Below, piece after piece: positions 22,982 to 33,939 of a DNA stretch of 64,000 nucleotides (within the stretch, counting starts at the first letter, position 1; the number at the start of each line of letters is the position of its first letter). The position numbers were made by a program, and so were the translations under genes. The stretch comes from an uncultured Gammaproteobacteria bacterium (lineage in GTDB: Bacteria > Pseudomonadota > Gammaproteobacteria > UBA9214): the NCBI GenBank assembly GCA_963773065.1, contig CAVYZN010000008.1, positions 229,752 through 293,751 on the forward strand, read 5' to 3'. A model generated the notes under the pieces. It was not told where the DNA came from. It made no database searches and saw nothing but the letters and a program-made list of their open reading frames with translations.

Positions 22982-24202
22982 TTACAACGGCAAGCCGCGC
23001 GCGAGCCGCGGTATGCGGCCGGAACGGCCCATGGTCAGGCGCGTAAGCAGACGTTTCGCCGGCGGCAGCAGGTCCAGCGCCAGCATGCCCGCGGCGCGCA
23101 CCATGCCCAGCGCCGGCAACGGCAGGGTGAACAGACGCGCAATGCCGTCGGTGAAGTCCGTGACACGCTGGTGATCGGCATGCCGCCAGTCGCCGTAGCG
23201 GTTCAATACCTCCAGTTCACCGGGATCGCTTCCGTCCGCCAGGGCATCGACCAGCACTTCGGCAAGCACCGCGATGTCGCGCACACCCAGGTTGAAGCCC
23301 TGTCCGGCAATCGGGTGCAGGGTATGGGCGGCATTGCCGACCAGCGCCAGCCGATGACGAACCGATTCCATCGCTTTGACGAGGCGCAGCGGGTAGGCCT
23401 GCCGCCGCCCCACGCGCTCAAGCCGTCCCAGGCGATAACCGAAACGCTCCTGCAGGCGGCGCAGGAATTCGCCATCAGACAGTCCCATCACCGCCGCGCT
23501 CTCGCGGCTGTCAACGGTCCACACCACCGCGCAGCGCCGCTCGGACAAGGGCAGAAAGGCCAGAGGACCGGTATCCGTGAAACGCTCATAGGCAACATTG
23601 CGGTGCGGCAACTGCGGGGTGACATTGGCGATGACGGCGGTCTGGCCATAATCGCGGTCGATCACGGCAATACCCAGGCGGTCCCGCACCGCGGAACCGG
23701 CGCCATCCGCGGCCACGACCAGCCGCGCCGTCAGCGTCCGCGGCGTTCCATCCAGCAGCACCGTTGCGCTGGCCGCTTCCGACCCGAGGGTCAGTTCCGT
23801 CAGGGTCGCGGGACAATACAGGTCCAGCTCCGCGGCATGCCGCACGGCATCGCCAAGCACCTGGCCGAGCACCCGGGCCGGGACGACATAGCCCAGCGCC
23901 GGCAATCCTTCCTCCGTCCGTTCCATGCGGGTAAAACCGCAATGCCCGCGGTCGGACACATGGATACGGTGTATCGGGGTGGCCTCATCCACCAGGCCGG
24001 CCCATAACTCCAGGCCGCCGAAGATGCGCTGCGTGCCATGGGCCAGCGCAATGGCCCGGTCGTCGTAGCCTGCCTCGTTCCGCGTGTCGAACTGAACGGC
24101 CTCCACCACGGCGATGCGCAGCCCCTGGCCCTCAAGCGCGCGCACCAGGCTGGCTCCCACCAGACCACCCCCGACAATCAGGATGTCATAGTGCTTCGTC
24201 AT
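22982..24202 (-). CDS. ubiH: 2-octaprenyl-6-methoxyphenol hydroxylase
   Basis: DDRAIALAHG, AYERFTDTGPLA, GNAAHTLHPIAGQGFNLG. Confidence 0.92.
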   Translation of the reverse strand: MTKHYDILIVGGGLVGASLVRALEGQGLRIAVVEAVQFDTRNEAGYDDRAIALAHGTQRIFGGLELWAGLVDEATPIHRIHVSDRGHCGFTRMERTEEGLPALGYVVPARVLGQVLGDAVRHAAELDLYCPATLTELTLGSEAASATVLLDGTPRTLTARLVVAADGAGSAVRDRLGIAVIDRDYGQTAVIANVTPQLPHRNVAYERFTDTGPLAFLPLSERRCAVVWTVDSRESAAVMGLSDGEFLRRLQERFGYRLGRLERVGRRQAYPLRLVKAMESVRHRLALVGNAAHTLHPIAGQGFNLGVRDIAVLAEVLVDALADGSDPGELEVLNRYGDWRHADHQRVTDFTDGIARLFTLPLPALGMVRAAGMLALDLLPPAKRLLTRLTMGRSGRIPRLARGLPL

Positions 24203-24221
24203 GCCCGGCCCTGGACCCGCT

Positions 24222-25541
24222 TCAGCGGTTTTCCCCCATTAACGCCTCGATTTCACCGACGGTCTTCGGCGCATCGGCACTCAGCACCTCATGGCCGTCC
24301 TGCGTGACCAGCACATCGTCCTCGATGCGGATGCCGATATTCCACCATTTCCGCGCCACACCGCGGCTGCCGGCAGGGATGTAGATCCCCGGCTCGACCG
24401 TCAGCACCATGCCAGGTTCCAGGACGCGCCATTCTCCACCGACCTTGTAATCCCCCACGTCATGCACATCCATGCCGAGCCAGTGGCCGGTGCGGTGCAT
24501 GTAGAAGCGACGATAGGCCTCGCTCTTGATCAGGTCAGCCACTCTGCCCTGTATGTGGATGATACCGAGCCTGACCAGGCCGCGCGTCAACACCTTGATG
24601 GCGGCGGCATGCGGGGCATTCCAGTTATTGCCCGGTTGTACCTGCTTGATGGCGGCCGCCTGCGCGGCCAGCACAAGCTCGTACAATGCCTTCTGCGGCG
24701 GACTGAACCTGCCATTGACAGGGAAGGTGCGCGTGACATCCGATGCATAGCAATCGTATTCGGCGCCGGCATCGATCAGCAGCAGGTCGCCATCGCGCAA
24801 CTCGGCGCGGTTGTCCGTGTAGTGCAGGATGCAGCCGTTCTCGCCGCCGCCCACGATACAGGGATAGGCGGGCTGCATGTTGGCGTGACGGAATTCATGG
24901 AGTAATTCCGCCTCTATCTCGAATTCGTACCGGCCGGGACGGCAGGCCCGCATGGCGCGCCGGTGCGCGCGACAGGCCACCTTGGCCGCGTTGCGCATGA
25001 CCCGCACCTCCGAACTGCTCTTGTAAAGACGCATGTCGTGCAGCAGGTGATCGAGGGAGACAAATTCATCCGGCGCCCGCGAGCCGGAGCGCGCACCCGC
25101 GCGGATCCGCTTGACCCAATCGAGCACATGCCGGTCGAACTCAGGATAGGAACCCATGGTGTAGAAGACCCGGTCACAGCTCTCCAGCAGTCCTGGCAGG
25201 ATTTCGTCGATGTCGCCGATCGGGAAAGCGTCGTCGGCATCATACCTTTCAACGGCGCCCCGCGTTCCCGCCCGGCGCCCGGTCCAGGTTTCCATCTTTG
25301 GATCGCGTTCCCGGCAGAACATCAGGTACTCGCCATGCGCGCGTCCCGGAATCAATACCGCCACGGCCTCCGGCTCGCCGAACCCGGTCATGTATTGGAA
25401 ATCGCTGTCCGGGCGGTAGGTATATTCAACGTCCCGGTTGCGCGTCTTCGCCGGTGCCGCCGGGATAATGGCGATGGAACCTCTCCCCATCATGCGTATG
25501 AGCTGTTTGCGACGGCGGGCGAACTCCTTTCTGCTGATCAT
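24222..25541 (-). CDS. pepP: Xaa-Pro aminopeptidase
   Basis: DSDFQYMTGF, ILHY, DAGAE, HRTGHWLGMDVHD, TVEPG, GIRIEDD. Confidence 0.96.
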   Translation of the reverse strand: MISRKEFARRRKQLIRMMGRGSIAIIPAAPAKTRNRDVEYTYRPDSDFQYMTGFGEPEAVAVLIPGRAHGEYLMFCRERDPKMETWTGRRAGTRGAVERYDADDAFPIGDIDEILPGLLESCDRVFYTMGSYPEFDRHVLDWVKRIRAGARSGSRAPDEFVSLDHLLHDMRLYKSSSEVRVMRNAAKVACRAHRRAMRACRPGRYEFEIEAELLHEFRHANMQPAYPCIVGGGENGCILHYTDNRAELRDGDLLLIDAGAEYDCYASDVTRTFPVNGRFSPPQKALYELVLAAQAAAIKQVQPGNNWNAPHAAAIKVLTRGLVRLGIIHIQGRVADLIKSEAYRRFYMHRTGHWLGMDVHDVGDYKVGGEWRVLEPGMVLTVEPGIYIPAGSRGVARKWWNIGIRIEDDVLVTQDGHEVLSADAPKTVGEIEALMGENR

Positions 25542-25628
25542 TATCGCGTCCTACTCTGGCTTCGGATTCATGACCGGCACCGTTCGCTGGCACTGATTCT
25601 GGAGCCGATTTTCATTGCAAAGTGAAAA

Positions 25629-26193
25629 TTACTGCAAGCGCTCCGGCGCCTGCAACGGTTGGAGTTCCTCATGACACAGCAGCACGCTCATCCGAACATA
25701 CTCCACGATCTCGGCATATGCGGTTTCCTCATCCTCATCAGTCAGTTCATGATCAAACCGGGCATTCGATATCTCGAAAAAATCGTGCATGATCTCGCCC
25801 ACATAACCCTGCCGTTCCCGACCCTCGCGCACGCCGCCCAGGGCCAATCCATACAGGAATCCCTGGCACCATTCCCCGAGCGCCCTGCTGCGGAGCGGCA
25901 GCAACGTGGCGGCATCGGGCAGCAACAGAACCAGGCCCAGGTTGCCATCATTAAGATGCAGCAGCGATTCTGAATAAAGCTCGCGTTAGCAGCGTCCGGG
26001 CGGTTTGCGCCATTGCGCTGAGATCGTTGCCCGCACCAAGCAGATGATCGAGCCAGACGGCCGGATCCGACGTACCCGCGGCACAGATGATGCCGCATAA
26101 CAGCCCATGGCTTTCCGCCGCACCGCAATCTGCATCCGCCGCCTGTAGCACATCCTGCAACCGTTCATATGTCAAAGCTGCCTTCTCGTTCAC
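25629..26193 (-). CDS. ygfB: UPF0149 family protein (frameshift near 25980)
   Basis: AESHGLLCG; ALGEWCQGFLYGL; EIVEYVRM. Confidence 0.88.
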
Positions 26194-26351
26194 GGCTTCA
26201 ACCCTCGGCGGGGAATACAAACATTGCGGTTCCCGCCTGTCCTACAGGATGATTATGACACAGTCGGGAATCGGCGGTCCGCTGGTGCTATGTTTACCGC
26301 AAGCGGCCACCGGACATTGACCGTTTGCGTTTATCACACTATATTGATGGC

Positions 26352-26585
26352 ATGTCAAAGCCAATCAAATACGCACGCATCGACCAGGAACTCGCCCGAC
26401 TCGAGGCCCAGGTCGACACCCTGTTAAAAACCAACGAACGCTTGGCCGTGGAAAACCGCTCCCTGCGCACCCAGCAGGATTCAATGGTAATCGAACGCGC
26501 CTCCCTGATCGAAAGGCATGACCTGGTGCGCAACCGGGTCGATGCCATGGTTACCCGCCTCAAGTCCCTGGAGACCGGCACATGA
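26352..26585 (+). CDS. TIGR02449/ZapB-like coiled-coil protein
   Basis: ENRSLR...ERASLIE...RVDAMVTRLKSLE; directly upstream of zapA. Confidence 0.85.
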   Translation: MSKPIKYARIDQELARLEAQVDTLLKTNERLAVENRSLRTQQDSMVIERASLIERHDLVRNRVDAMVTRLKSLETGT

Positions 26586-26896
26586 ACAAGGAAGCGGGGG
26601 CCATCAAGGTAAATATCCTGGACAAGGAATACCTGGTCGCGTGCCCGGAAGAAGAACGGGATGCCCTGAGGGCATCGGCAAAATACCTCAATGACAGAAT
26701 GACGGAAATCCGCGGGAGCGGTAAGGTCGTTGGAATTGACAGAATCGCCGTTATGGCAGCGCTCAACCTGGCGCACGAGATCGTCGAGTCCGGCGTGCAT
26801 GGCAATGAGCTGGACGCGTACGCCACCCGAATCAGTCACCTGAACGCCAGGATTGAGGAGGCACTTGGGCGCAACGCGAAGAAGGAGCTGAACTGA
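26582..26896 (+). CDS. zapA: Cell division protein ZapA
   Basis: ILDKEYLVACP...RIAVMAALNLAHE. Confidence 0.93.
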   Translation: MNKEAGAIKVNILDKEYLVACPEEERDALRASAKYLNDRMTEIRGSGKVVGIDRIAVMAALNLAHEIVESGVHGNELDAYATRISHLNARIEEALGRNAKKELN

Positions 26897-26920
26897 GCAG
26901 CTCCTGCAAAGATTAAATTC

Positions 26921-27106
26921 AGGCATCCCCTGCTGTGTTCGATAGTGGCTTAGATCTCCTTGAGCCTAATTTACAAATCAGGGGACAGTTTGCTGATGTT
27001 GGTGTGCATGTCCGCTGCTGGCGGAAAGCCTGAGACATCACTACCGTCCCCCCTTGAACCCTCGGTTCAAGGGCAATAGCCGCGCCGGCACAAGCGGGGG
27101 ATGCCT
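26921..27106 (+). ncRNA. ssrS: 6S RNA
   Basis: Closing stem AGGCATCCCC/GGGGATGCCT, CCTTGAGCC and CTTGAACCC..GGTTCAAG motifs; located between zapA and ygfA. Confidence 0.9.
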
Positions 27107-27157
27107 TACTTATCACCATCGTCGCCGGGCAAAGAGACGACCCTGATCACCAATTCC

Positions 27158-27787
27158 GTGGACAACGGGAAGGCAGACCGCCAGCGGCTGCGCACGCAGA
27201 TCCGCATGCGGCGCAGCCGGATGACACGCGCCGAACGCGCTGCCTGCGCCGCACGTCTGGCAGAGAACGCCGCCAGGGAACCCCTGGTAAGAAACAGCCG
27301 GCGTATCGCCGTCTATCTGCCCATAAACGGAGAGATCGACCCACGCCCGCTGATGGATTGCCTCGCGTCCCTGGGCAAGACGCTTTACCTGCCGATACTG
27401 GTCACCTTCTCCGAACGGAGACTATGGTTTTCCGCCTATACGCCCGGTGACCCGCTTGTTTGCAATCGTTTCGGGATCCTCGAACCGGAACGGGTTCACC
27501 GCAGGCGCATCAAGGCCGTCGCGCTGGACCTGGTACTGCTGCCGCTGGTCGCGTTTGATACAGCGGGCCACCGTCTGGGTATGGGCGGCGGGTATTACGA
27601 TCACTGTTTTGCCTTCATCAACCGAAGGAAGCATTGGCGCAAACCCCGCCTCATGGGACTCGCCTATGAATTCCAGCGCCAGACGCACATCGAATCCGAA
27701 CCCTGGGATGTAACCCTCGACGCTATCGCAACGGAGCAGCGGGTGTATCACTGCCGTGGCATAAAACCAGGGAAGGGCCGGGGATGA
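27158..27787 (+). CDS. ygfA: 5-formyltetrahydrofolate cyclo-ligase (start uncertain)
   Basis: PLVAFD..GHRLGMGGGYYD, EPWDV.LD. Confidence 0.92.
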   Translation: MDNGKADRQRLRTQIRMRRSRMTRAERAACAARLAENAAREPLVRNSRRIAVYLPINGEIDPRPLMDCLASLGKTLYLPILVTFSERRLWFSAYTPGDPLVCNRFGILEPERVHRRRIKAVALDLVLLPLVAFDTAGHRLGMGGGYYDHCFAFINRRKHWRKPRLMGLAYEFQRQTHIESEPWDVTLDAIATEQRVYHCRGIKPGKGRG

Positions 27788-27857
27788 TCGGCAGCGCCGT
27801 GTATGTGGTGCATTTATTGACTGTGTTATTTTGACCACACCACCCGGGTATAGGGAA

Positions 27858-28316
27858 ATGAAATTCTGGCTGATGAAATCCGAACCCGATGTATTCGGCA
27901 TCGATGACCTGAAGAACGCACCGGGAAAAACCGAACCCTGGGATGGGGTGCGCAATTATCAGGTGCGCAACATGATGCGGGATGAAATGAAAACAGGGGA
28001 CCTCGCTTTCTTTTATCATTCCAACTGCAAGGAACCCGGTATCGCGGGCATCATGAAGATCGTTCGTGAGGGATACCCCGACTCCACCGCATACGACCCG
28101 GATGCAAAGTATTACGACCCGAAGAGTGACCCCGGCAAGCCACGCTGGTACCGTGTGGACGTCCGCTATATCCGCAAACTGAAACGCGTCATCACCCTCT
28201 CCGAATTGAAAGTACATCCCGAATTAACCGACCTGCCTCTGCTCAGACGGGGTCATCGCCTGTCCATCATGCCGGTAAGCAGACAACAGTGGGATTACAT
28301 CCTTACGCTTGAATGA
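27858..28316 (+). CDS. EVE domain protein
   Basis: WLMKSEPDVF, WDGVRNYQVRN, FFYHSNC, YYDPKS, RLSIMPV. Confidence 0.93.
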   Translation: MKFWLMKSEPDVFGIDDLKNAPGKTEPWDGVRNYQVRNMMRDEMKTGDLAFFYHSNCKEPGIAGIMKIVREGYPDSTAYDPDAKYYDPKSDPGKPRWYRVDVRYIRKLKRVITLSELKVHPELTDLPLLRRGHRLSIMPVSRQQWDYILTLE

Positions 28317-28802
28317 TACGGCGGGCCGGCCGCCTATCAACGGCGAGGCTAGCGGTGTAACAGAGCACAAGCAACGGGAGCATGTAGTCATGCATTCGAA
28401 TCCGGCCAGGCGGCGATAACGTCACTGTGTTCGAAAATCACTGTTATTTGCCTGCCAAATCGCTGTTGACTGGTCATGTCAGCGAACGGCCAGGCGGTCG
28501 GGAAGACGCAAGCTCTCCTCAACGTACAGCCCGAGATGGCCCTGCGTTGTTAACTTAAAACTGGCCGCATCAACATATGTTAACTGACACGCATCATCAG
28601 GACGATGATGCCCACGATACAAACATCGCATGCACGAATTATGTTTGACGCCAGTGATCACATGATGAGCGGACGTTGGAGATAAAATATTCGCCCGTTG
28701 ATCTCGTAATGAAGCATGAATGATTGTCAACAAAAAAACTGGCATTTTGTATTTCTTTGTTTATACTCAGCGTGGGCAATTCGAATAGAGTGGAGGTTTG
28801 TT

Positions 28803-28985
28803 ATGGCTACAAAGAAGAAGGTCGCAGCAAAGAAGAAGGCAGCACCGAAGAAGAAGGTCGCAGCAAAGAAGAAAGCAGCACCGAAGAAGAAGGTCGCAGC
28901 AAAGAAGAAAGCAGCACCGAAAAAGAAAGCCACAGCAAAAAAGAAAGCGGCTGCAAAGAAGAAGACTACCGCCAAGCGCGGATAG
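28803..28985 (+). CDS. Histone H1-like Lys/Ala-rich DNA-binding protein
   Basis: (KKKVAAKKKAAP)x3 encoded by a 36-bp tandem repeat; GGAGG RBS. Confidence 0.85.
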   Translation: MATKKKVAAKKKAAPKKKVAAKKKAAPKKKVAAKKKAAPKKKATAKKKAAAKKKTTAKRG

Positions 28986-29029
28986 TCACGAGGTAATCCG
29001 GAGCGCTGTAATAGCCTCCTGATAGCACC

Positions 29030-29067
29030 AAAAAAAAGGCCCGTACTTGTAGTACGGGCCTTTTTTT
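29030..29067. terminator. Bidirectional intrinsic terminator
   Basis: A-run, GGCCCGTAC-TTGTA-GTACGGGCC, T-run. Confidence 0.9.
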
Positions 29068-29089
29068 ACGAGACGGTCTAGCCAGCGCA

Positions 29090-30610
29090 TCAGCCTTCGC
29101 CGAGAAACAGGTGATAAGCCGTACTAACCGTTTCCTCCCAATACCGATAGCCCAGATCATCAAGAAAAACCTGGAACTCCTTGCGACTGGCCGGTGGCAC
29201 CTGGATACCCGCCAGGACACGGCCGTAATCGGCACCGTGATTTCGATAGTGAAACAGACTGATATTCCAGCGCTTGCCCATGGATGTCAGAAACTTCAAC
29301 AGCGCACCGGGTCGCTCCGGGAACTGGAAACGATAGAGCACTTCATCCTTGAGACCGACTGCCCGACCACCGACCATGTAGCGTATATGGAGCTTGGCTA
29401 TTTCATTGTCCGTCAGGTCCTCGACGGGATACCCCTCATCGCGTAATTGTCCGATGAGCGCGTGACGCTCTTTCTCACCATTATCGAGTTGTACACCGGC
29501 GAATACATGCGCCTGTCGTGTGTCCGCGTAACGGTAGTTGAATTCCGTGATACCCCGCTTACCCAGCGCCTGACAGAAGCGGCGGAAGCTGCCCGGTTCT
29601 TCGGGAATGGTCACTGCCAGCAGCGCCTCGCGATGCTCGCCGATCTCCGCCCTTTCCGCCACATGGCGCAGACGGTCGAAATTGATGTTGGCGCCACTGT
29701 TGATCGCTACCAGCCCCGCGCCGGTGATGCCGCTGCGTTCAACGTATTTCTTTATTCCGGCAACGGCGAGTGCGCCGGCCGGTTCAACAACCGAGCGGCA
29801 GTCGTCGAAGATATCCTTCATCGCGGCGCAGATCTCGTCTGTACTCACGAGGATGACATCATCCACATGGCGGCGCGCAATCCGGAAAGGTTCCTTACCC
29901 GCCTGCCGAACTGCCACACCATCGGTGAATATTCCCACCTGGTCGAGAAGGACGCGCCGTTTCTGTCTCAGGGCTTCAAACAAACATGGTGCGTCATCCG
30001 GTTCTACCCCGATGACCTTGATGGATGGCTGCAATGCCTTTACACAAACCGCGATTCCGGCGATCAGACCGCCTCCTCCCACGGGGACAAAGATCGCATG
30101 CAGTTCGCCTTTACGTTCGCGCAGGATTTCCAGGGCAATAGTTCCCTGGCCGGCGATGACCTCCGGATCATCGTAGGGATGGATAAAGGTCATGCCCTTC
30201 TCTTGCGCCATCTTGGCCGCATGGGCGTAGGCCTCGTCGTAGGCGTCTCCCGTGAGGCTGATGCGCGCACCAAGACGCCTTACCGAATCGATCTTGATGG
30301 ACGGAGTGGTTCTGGGCATGACGATCAGAGCCTTTATTCCCCGCCTGGCGGCCGCGAGCGCAACACCCTGCGCATGATTGCCGGCCGATGCGGCGATCAC
30401 CCCATTCGCGCAGGCCTCATCCGACAGGCCGGCGATCTTGTTGTAGGCTCCGCGCAGCTTGAACGAATGCACCGGTTGCAGATCCTCGCGCTTGAACCAC
30501 ACGGTGTTGCCCAGGCGTTCCGAAAGCCGGTCTGCGATCACTAATGGCGTCTCCAGCGCGACATCGTAGACGCGTGAGTTCAGTATCATTTTCAGATAGC
30601 GTTCCAGCAT
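29090..30610 (-). CDS. ilvA: Threonine ammonia-lyase, biosynthetic
   Basis: KREDLQPVHSFKLRGAYN, SAGNHAQG, FPERPGAL, FHYRNHG. Confidence 0.97.
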   Translation of the reverse strand: MLERYLKMILNSRVYDVALETPLVIADRLSERLGNTVWFKREDLQPVHSFKLRGAYNKIAGLSDEACANGVIAASAGNHAQGVALAAARRGIKALIVMPRTTPSIKIDSVRRLGARISLTGDAYDEAYAHAAKMAQEKGMTFIHPYDDPEVIAGQGTIALEILRERKGELHAIFVPVGGGGLIAGIAVCVKALQPSIKVIGVEPDDAPCLFEALRQKRRVLLDQVGIFTDGVAVRQAGKEPFRIARRHVDDVILVSTDEICAAMKDIFDDCRSVVEPAGALAVAGIKKYVERSGITGAGLVAINSGANINFDRLRHVAERAEIGEHREALLAVTIPEEPGSFRRFCQALGKRGITEFNYRYADTRQAHVFAGVQLDNGEKERHALIGQLRDEGYPVEDLTDNEIAKLHIRYMVGGRAVGLKDEVLYRFQFPERPGALLKFLTSMGKRWNISLFHYRNHGADYGRVLAGIQVPPASRKEFQVFLDDLGYRYWEETVSTAYHLFLGEG

Positions 30611-30747
30611 AGGGCGTACAGTATCAGTTCATCAGCATCTTGGACAGATGCGCCCGCTCCATGTGCCGAGCATCCAGATTGCGGCGATGACTTCCCCCCG
30701 GTGTACAGGTATGATTTTGATCAAACATCTTTTCATGGAGTTCTGAC

Positions 30748-31404
30748 ATGACGCCGGATGAAATGAAGAAAATGGCCGCGCAGGCCGCGTTGGACTATGT
30801 GCAAACCGGAACGGTAATCGGCATCGGCACCGGCTCGACCGCAAATCACTTCATCGACAACCTCGCCGGGATCAAGCACAGAATCGATGGCACGGTCGCC
30901 AGTTCCAAGGCCAGCGCAGAACGACTCAAGACGTACGGCATCCCGGTGCTGGACCTCAACAGCGTGGACGAGATCTCGGTCTACATCGACGGCGCCGATG
31001 AATCCAATCACCACCTGCACCTGATCAAGGGCGGCGGCGGCGCCCTTACCCGAGAAAAGATCGTGGCGGCCGCCAGCCGCAAGTTTGTCTGTATCGCGGA
31101 CGAGAGCAAACTCGTCGATATACTCGGAGCGTTCCCCCTTCCCATCGAGGTTATCCCAATGGCGCGCAGTTATGTCGCACGGGAACTCGTCAAACTCGGC
31201 GGCCAACCGGTTTACCGCGAAGGTTACATCACCGATAACGGGAACATCATACTCGATGTGCACAATCTGCAGATCATGGAGCCGGTCCGTCTGGAAGAGG
31301 AGCTGAACAATATCCCCGGGGTCGTAACCGTTGGCATCTTCGCGCGGCGCCCGGCGGACGTATTGCTACTCGGCACCCGAGAGGGGGTAAAGACACTGAC
31401 CTGA
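30748..31404 (+). CDS. rpiA: Ribose-5-phosphate isomerase A
   Basis: [30 protein letters not shown]. Confidence 0.97.
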   Translation: MTPDEMKKMAAQAALDYVQTGTVIGIGTGSTANHFIDNLAGIKHRIDGTVASSKASAERLKTYGIPVLDLNSVDEISVYIDGADESNHHLHLIKGGGGALTREKIVAAASRKFVCIADESKLVDILGAFPLPIEVIPMARSYVARELVKLGGQPVYREGYITDNGNIILDVHNLQIMEPVRLEEELNNIPGVVTVGIFARRPADVLLLGTREGVKTLT

Positions 31405-31601
31405 ACGCGATTCCCGCCCATTGGAACTCTTTAATGGGTACGCCGTGGACAACATTAAATGAATGCACGAGTACCAGGGCAATTACATTCCCTGGCATGA
31501 CACACAGTATGCGGTTACATGAATATTTCATGATCCAAACCGCCAAGACGCCAGGATTTTATACTTTCAATACTGAACGTATATTCTCGGTGAGCTAGAC
31601 G

Positions 31602-32586
31602 TCATGGCGGTGAAAATATCGGACTAGTTGGGATTCCCTCCCCCTGCCGGTTCAACACCCAGATGCGCACACTGGCATCATCGCTGGTCGTCGCCAGGTA
31701 TTGGCCGTGCGGCGAAACCGAGATGGCCGCGCCGCAAAGTTCATGCGGCTGAAAACGGCGTGTCACCGCACCCGTCAGGGGGTCCAGAAACAACACGGCA
31801 CTGTCGGTCTGGCGGCTGATGGTCGCAAGCTCGCTGCCGTCAGCCGTAAACTTAATGGACTTGATAATGCCATGATGCCCGGTCGGCAGCGTCACGAGCG
31901 AATTGTCACCCAGATTCCAGCGAAACAGGCGGAACCAGCCGCCGCCATACAACTGCCGTCCGTCAGGCGAAAAGGCCAGCGACCAGGCGTCCGTCGGCGG
32001 GCTTTCAAGCTGCGTCGGCGCCCCGTTGCCGGTCCATACAAAGACGGCGCCATCCGTACCGCTGGAGGCATAGCGCGCTCGCGTTCGGTTCAATGGCGAC
32101 CGCCTTGACTCCGCCACGATGCGGCACCCGCTCATCGAGGAGACTTAAATCCCGCAGTCGCCAGACACGCACCGAGCCATCGCTATGACCGGTAATCAGG
32201 CGGTCGGCGCGGGTGTCTCGCCGCCATACCAGTGATCGGCGCCGGCGTCATGACATGCCGGAGCGATGTCCCGCCAAGCTCCCACTCGGCAATCCATCCA
32301 TCGTAACCGGCGGTTACCACATGCCGGTCGTCATGCGGTAAATACCACGCCATTTACCGAATCCTGGTGCGCTTTCCAGCGATAAAGCGGCTCACCATCC
32401 GGTAAGCGCCAAATTTGAACACTGCCTTCCCAGCCACCCGAGGCGAGCAGGTCACCGGATTCACTGAAACCCACGCTGCTGCCGCCGTTATGGGCCTGTG
32501 CATGGATGACATCCGGCGCGACTGCCAGCGGCTGCGCGGTACATGCCGTCAGCATCAAAACATAACAGTGGAAAGACACGCCGCAT
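31602..32586 (-). CDS. WD40-repeat protein, probably a lipoprotein (multiple frameshifts)
   Basis: LLASGGWEGSVQIW, LATTSDDASVRIW; LTAC lipobox-like motif. Confidence 0.7.
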
Positions 32587-32740
32587 GACTATCGCACGGA
32601 AGACAGGGAAAGAATCAGTGGGAAAATATACCTGCCTGCCCTTGCAAACCACAATACGGCTGACAACCTTGCGGGAGAATAAACGCATGAAAGAACGGGG
32701 CCCGTGAGCCCCGTTTTCATCAGACAGATCAAACCGGCAA

Positions 32741-33646
32741 TTAGAACTTGTGCCTTATACCCAGGCTGAACTTGTCATCTTCACCGCCATCCGTGCCTGC
32801 TTTATTGCAGACATCAGGATTTTTGTCGATGCAGCCGGTTCCACTATAGCCCGCATAAACGCTGGTGAGCTTGCCCACCGAATGCATGCCAACGATCTCC
32901 CAGGAATTGTAATCGGGGAGCGCACTGGCGTTCACGCCATTGTCACCCTTGCCATAACCGGCATAAATCGAATTATTGCCTAGTGTGACACTGCCGCCGA
33001 GAAACCAGGGATCTGCGCCATCACCTGGAATACTCGCCTTCTCGCTGTTGGTAGGGCCAGGGTCGAGCTTATATTGACCGAACACGGCAAAATTGCTCAT
33101 GGTGTATTTCGCGCCGACTTTATAGGCCGTATCCTCATTAGCGGATTTGCCGGCGATGTAGTCCGCGAAGACCAATATGCCGGCGTTCTCATAGCTGAGT
33201 CCGACCCCTTCATCCTTGTCAACCTTTTGATCGGACCGATTGGACTGCACAGCGCGCTCGCTCATGGGCAGTGTAGTACGATAAATCGGGTCGGGCGTCG
33301 CGCCTTCAGACTTGTAGCGGGTGGACATAGTACCGACCTTCACCTCGCCGAAGTTACCACTGACGCCCAGCCACTGGTCACGACCGGCAGGGGCTGTACC
33401 ACTATTGCTGTCGTATTGCCGATCCAGCCGGTAGATCGCCTTGAGGCCGTTACCCAAGTCTTCACTGCCATCGAAACCGAACGAACAGGTGGCGCAGGCG
33501 TGGGATTGATCGCCACTACCCTCCGGCTGGTCGGGCCCAGCCAGGGCCGCATCGCGCTGACCCGACACGGTAACATCGGCCTGGGCGACCATCACGCCTG
33601 TTGCCAGTACGACAGCCATCAGTATGGATAACATCTTATCGGTCAT
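32741..33646 (-). CDS. Gram-negative porin family protein
   Basis: GFDGSEDLGNGLKAI, RDQWLGVSGNFGEVKVG, C-terminal SLGIRHKF. Confidence 0.85.
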   Translation of the reverse strand: MTDKMLSILMAVVLATGVMVAQADVTVSGQRDAALAGPDQPEGSGDQSHACATCSFGFDGSEDLGNGLKAIYRLDRQYDSNSGTAPAGRDQWLGVSGNFGEVKVGTMSTRYKSEGATPDPIYRTTLPMSERAVQSNRSDQKVDKDEGVGLSYENAGILVFADYIAGKSANEDTAYKVGAKYTMSNFAVFGQYKLDPGPTNSEKASIPGDGADPWFLGGSVTLGNNSIYAGYGKGDNGVNASALPDYNSWEIVGMHSVGKLTSVYAGYSGTGCIDKNPDVCNKAGTDGGEDDKFSLGIRHKF

Positions 33647-33939
33647 GGCGTTATATGTTGGGCACAAGCGTTATTCACTATAAAAACTTGGCGCCCATCA
33701 TTATATACAAAATCACACTATAAAATAGACAAAAACAACAGCTAAATTATTACTGTCTCCATCCAGCAACAACAGGACCCGTTGCAACCATGCCCTGGGT
33801 CCGAATAATCGGGATGTTATGCGCGAGTCCCAGTCACGGCGCCCGGTTTCGAGACCAATAGAACGGACGGAGATGACCGCCGCAACAAACGGAAACGGGG
33901 CCCGAAGGCCCCGTTTCCTTAGCTCCAATCAGACCACGA

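Noticed and set aside
27858-28316. EVE domain as a modified-DNA defence component
   Set aside because: A stand-alone EVE gene after ygfA is common core synteny, with no nuclease partner here.
28812-28925. 36-bp tandem repeat as a CRISPR-like array
   Set aside because: No spacers; it encodes the in-frame KKKVAAKKKAAP repeats of the histone-like protein.
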